From Jimgerdemannia flammicorona (Eukaryota), in NCBI GenBank assembly GCA_003990765.1, contig RBNJ01000213.1:1-36554 (forward strand): DNA of 36,554 nt. Direction: 5' to 3'. The stretch's first letter is position 1; every line of letters starts with the position of its first letter. The position numbers and the translations under genes are program-made. Below the pieces are notes generated by a model that saw only the letters and a list, made by a program, of their open reading frames with translations, had not been told where the DNA came from and ran no database searches. This document shows, one piece after another, positions 33,924 to 36,554 of this stretch.

Positions 33924-36326
33924 GGTGTGAGATGAGATATATCTTGAGGTGATTGATGTGTACTGGTGTTCTCAGAGCTCGTCCATCCATGCTTCTTAAA
34001 TAGATGCTGGTTCCTCTGATATTGTGTACAAGATAAGGTCCTTCCCATTTGGGCTCCAATTTGGTGGCAAAGTTTGTTTCAATCATGCTTCTCCAAACTA
34101 GTACTTGATCTCCAATCTTGATCTCCTGATCCTTCTGTCTTTGGTCATAGTACTTCTTTTGTCTTTCTTGGGCTTTGATAATCTGACCTTGGGCCTGATT
34201 ACATAAGTGTTCTGCCTTCTTGAGAAGATTCCCAAGGTTCTCATGGTCAGCAGTTCTTGTTTTCTTGGCAAACATCATTTCAAATGGCTTTTGTTTGGTT
34301 GAGGTAGCAGGGGTGTTCTGAATTTCCCATAGGATCTCAGGTAAGCAGAGGTCCCAATTGGTAGAATCGACTCAGACAAGTCCTTTCTTGATGGTCTGGT
34401 TCATCCTTTCTGTCATGCCATTGGTATGAGGATGGTATGATGTAGTCCGTTTGAGATATATCTTGTGAATTCGAGCATAACTTGTGATTATGTTGTTGAT
34501 GAATTCTGTGCCCCAGCCAGAGATGAGTTCTTCTGGGGGTCTATATCTGAGTGTGAGTCCATGGAGAAGGCCTACAATGGTTAGGGCATCTGTGATTTCC
34601 ATTGGGAAAGCCTCAGGCCACTTGGTCAGATGTTCTACAAATATAAGGACATTTTGTTTCTTCTTGGTGTAACTGGTAGAGGTCCAATTACATCTATTCC
34701 CCATCTTTGAAAGATGTGAGTGGGTGGGGGAATCAGTTGCAGAGGGGCTTGATAGTTCTTCTTTCCTTGGTACTTCTGGCAGGTGTCACATTTCTGAATG
34801 ATGTCTCGGACTTGTATTCTGAGGTGGGGCCAATGTTGATATTGTTTCCGAATCTTGTCTTCTATACTTGTCTGTCCTTGGTGGGCTTTCTGACATTCTT
34901 TTCGGATGAGATCTTCTTGTGCCTTGATAGTCTGAGGAGCTTCCTTTAGGGTATAGTTCCTTGGGACACCCTTCTTCTGATTTATTGGTGTTGGCAGGAA
35001 AGTATATCAACATTGTTGTGGGCTTTCCCTACTTTGTGGATGATGGTGATTTTGTAATCCTGAAGAATAAGGAACCAGCAGGCAAGGATTCCAGTGGGTT
35101 TCTTGTGGTTGAATAACCATTTGAGGGCTGCATGGTCTGTGATCAGGGTGAACCTTTTTCCAAAGAGATAATGCTTGAACAGGGTGACTGCCCATATGAC
35201 TGCAAGGCATTCCAGTTTGGTACTACCATAGTTCATCTGCTGTTGATTGGTAGCTCTGCTTGCATAAGCTATCACATGGTACTGTTGATTGGATCCTTCT
35301 TGGGCTAAAACTGCTCCGAGGCCATCTTTGGAGGTATCTGTATACAAGATGAATGGCTTCTGTAGATTGGGGTGTACAAGGATTGGTACTGTAGTCATGC
35401 AGTTTTTGAGTTCTTTGAAGGCTTCTCTTTGTGATTCTGTCCGTTTGAATGGCACTCCTTTCTTGAGAAGGATCCAGATAGGGGCAGCGATTTGAGCAAA
35501 GTTCTTGATAAACCTTCTGTAGTAGGATACTAGCATCAGAAATGATAGTGTCTCCTTCGGGGTTTTGGGTACTGGCCAATTGTTGATCTTCTCAGTTTTC
35601 TTTAGGTCTGCATGGGTTTCTTCTTTCAAGACTATGAATCCAAGGAATTCAAGTTTCTGTTTCCCAAAGTAGCATTTCTTTGCATTCAGTCTCAAGTGGT
35701 TTTTGCGGGTGAGCTTGAAGAATTCCTCCAGGTGGTGCAGGTATTCTTCGAAATTTACTAAATAGATGTTGGAATCATCCATGTATACAATCAGACAGTG
35801 GTGGATTAAGGGAGCATAGACTGAATTAATCATCCTCTGAAAAGTGGGGGGTGCATTGCAAAGTCCAAAGGGCATTCAGAGGTATTCAAACAATTTTCCT
35901 AGAGCAAGGAAGGCTGTCTTTTGAATGTCTTTGGGGTCCATGGGAATCTCATGGAATCCTGTGAAGAGGTCCATACTGCTGAAGTATCTGGCATCTTGTA
36001 ACTGGTCCAAAAGGACATTGATTCTGGGCAAAGGATAGGCATTCTTTTTGGTAACTGAATTGAGTTTCCTGTAATCCACACAGAGCCTCCATCCTCCTTT
36101 CTTTGGTACAATAAGTATAGGGCTAGCCCAGGGGCTAGTGGAGGGTCGGATGACTCCATTGTCTAAGAGTTCTTGAATGTGCTCCTTTTTGAATGTTTTC
36201 AAGTGATGGGGTATTCTATAGGGTTTCTGCCAGATGGGTGTTGCATTTCCTGTATTTATGCTGTGGTGGTATGATGGATTATATGGCAGGTTGCCATAAT
36301 CAGTGGTGAAGATATCTTGATATTTG
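33907..36326 (-). pseudogene. pol: Gypsy pol (RT, RNase H, integrase), disrupted
   Basis: ORF pieces 35876-36326, 34982-35875, 34372-34704, 33907-34278; in-frame TGA at 35876-35878. Confidence 0.95.
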
Positions 36327-36554
36327 TTTTTTTTTTTTTTTTTTTTTTTGTTGTATAGTCTCTTGGACTGCCCTTTATTAATGAAGTCTATAATGTAAAC
36401 AATACAATGTCCCCCTACCCTCAACCAATGCCCCGGGGGCCCAAACCCCCCCTCTCAACCTCCCTCTGCCTGAGCACCACCCCATTACCCACTACCCAAA
36501 CCCTCCCACCACTCTTCCGGGTGATACGCTGCACCAAACCCCTGTGGTACCCCC
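36327..36554 (-). mobile_element. 3' end of a LINE (poly(A) tail plus 3' UTR) inserted in Gypsy pol
   Basis: T23 tract, then ATAGT..GGACT.CCC.TTTATTA, as at the 3' end of the LINE at ~13146; C-rich plus strand like the other LINEs. Confidence 0.8.

Larger units (their letters stand above)
31951..36326 (-). mobile_element. Relatively young Ty3/Gypsy element: RT-RNaseH-IN-ORF3-PPT-3' LTR
   Basis: WASPILIVPKKGGWRLCVDYRKLN, MPFGLCNAP, YMDD, LYTDTSKDGLGAVL, HPHTNGMTERMN, KLEPKWEGPY. A few stops and frameshifts; no chromodomain. Confidence 0.97.

Noticed and set aside
35876..36424. 182-aa ORF with a poly-Lys N-terminus
   Set aside because: Artefact of reading from the inserted LINE tail through poly(A) into Gypsy RT.

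Overview
Eukaryotic, very probably fungal, transposon graveyard. The fungal call rests on a Zn(II)2Cys6-type gene and a chromovirus; the lineage cannot be fixed from this window. About three quarters of the window is nested, transition-eroded and almost CpG-free mobile DNA: three L1/Tx1-like LINE pieces, two related Ty1/Copia elements, a chromovirus fragment, a relatively young Ty3/Gypsy element, an internally deleted relative of it, a 1.5-kb solo LTR and two hAT-type MITEs with 8-bp TSDs. Three CpG-containing host-like islands (~8960-12170, ~18335-23129, ~26943-28597) hold one intact small gene with a C-terminal Zn2Cys6-like cluster and several degenerate paralogous segments. The main result is an uncharacterised accessory protein ('ORF3') of the Gypsy elements. 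It lies between integrase and the PPT in one family (33411-33923, remnant at ~25735-26066). A diverged probable homologue of 270 codons lies inside the solo LTR of another family (6537-7349). Both LTR-element insertions with visible ends have the same 4-bp TSD, ATAG. All alignments were made by eye; no database searches were run.
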